The position numbers and the translations under genes are program-made. Positions 63,755 to 64,000 of a stretch of DNA of 64,000 nt are shown piece by piece. Position 1 is the first letter of the stretch, and each line of letters opens with the position of its first letter. Source of the DNA: Chiloscyllium plagiosum (taxonomy: Eukaryota); NCBI RefSeq assembly GCF_004010195.1, contig NC_057759.1:7779910-7843909 (forward strand), written 5' to 3'. The notes under the pieces are model-generated. The model searched no databases, had not been told where the DNA came from, and was given only the letters and a program-made list of their open reading frames with translations.

Positions 63755-64000
63755 GGAGAAAGTGAGGTCTGCAGATGCTGGAGATCAAAGTTGAAACTTT
63801 ATTGCTGGAACAGCACAGCAGGTCAGGCAGCATCCAGGGAACAGGAGATTCGACGTTTCGGGCACAGGCCCTTCTTCAGGAATGAACAGAGAGTGTTCAG
63901 CAGGAGAAGATAAAAGGTAGGGAGGAGGGACTTGGAGGAGGGGCGTTGGAAATGTGATAGGTGGAACCTCTCCGCCTCCATCCTACTCCGACCTATCACC
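63755..64000 (-). mobile_element. Penelope terminus
   Basis: gagaaagtgaggtctgcagatgctggag... family sequence. Confidence 0.85.
63848..63883 (-). ncRNA. Minimal type-I hammerhead ribozyme motif (best preserved copy)
   Basis: Minus strand: attc-CTGAAGA-a-gggc ctgt gccc-GAAAC-GTC-gaat; stem I attc/gaat pairs fully. Confidence 0.85.

Overview
This window is eukaryotic, repeat-dominated genomic DNA. The repeat complement (HE1-type tRNA-derived SINEs with CR1 tails, abundant CR1 LINEs, Rex1/Babar, Penelope-like elements) points to a cartilaginous fish such as a shark; that assignment is inference. No intact cellular protein-coding ORF is visible. The ORF track hits are decayed retroelement fragments or tandem-repeat artefacts. 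Contents: many CR1 copies (one near full length at ~470-4430), a Rex1 LINE with nested insertions, an L1/Tx1 insertion with a 15-bp TSD, two Gypsy remnants (one with integrase upstream of RT, the Gmr1-like order), Tigger-like MITEs, three adjacent tandem arrays (28-, ~20- and 34-bp units), two assembly gaps, and a CpG-rich TATA-less promoter with a first exon at ~47.9-48.3 kb that starts an unidentified + strand gene. The most notable signal is about 20 Penelope-derived termini carrying minimal type-I hammerhead ribozyme cores (CTGA[T/A]GA-stem II-GAAA-palindrome-UH) in at least three sequence families. Several occur as tiny TSD-flanked or hairpin-forming insertions. Most repeat boundaries are approximate, read by eye.
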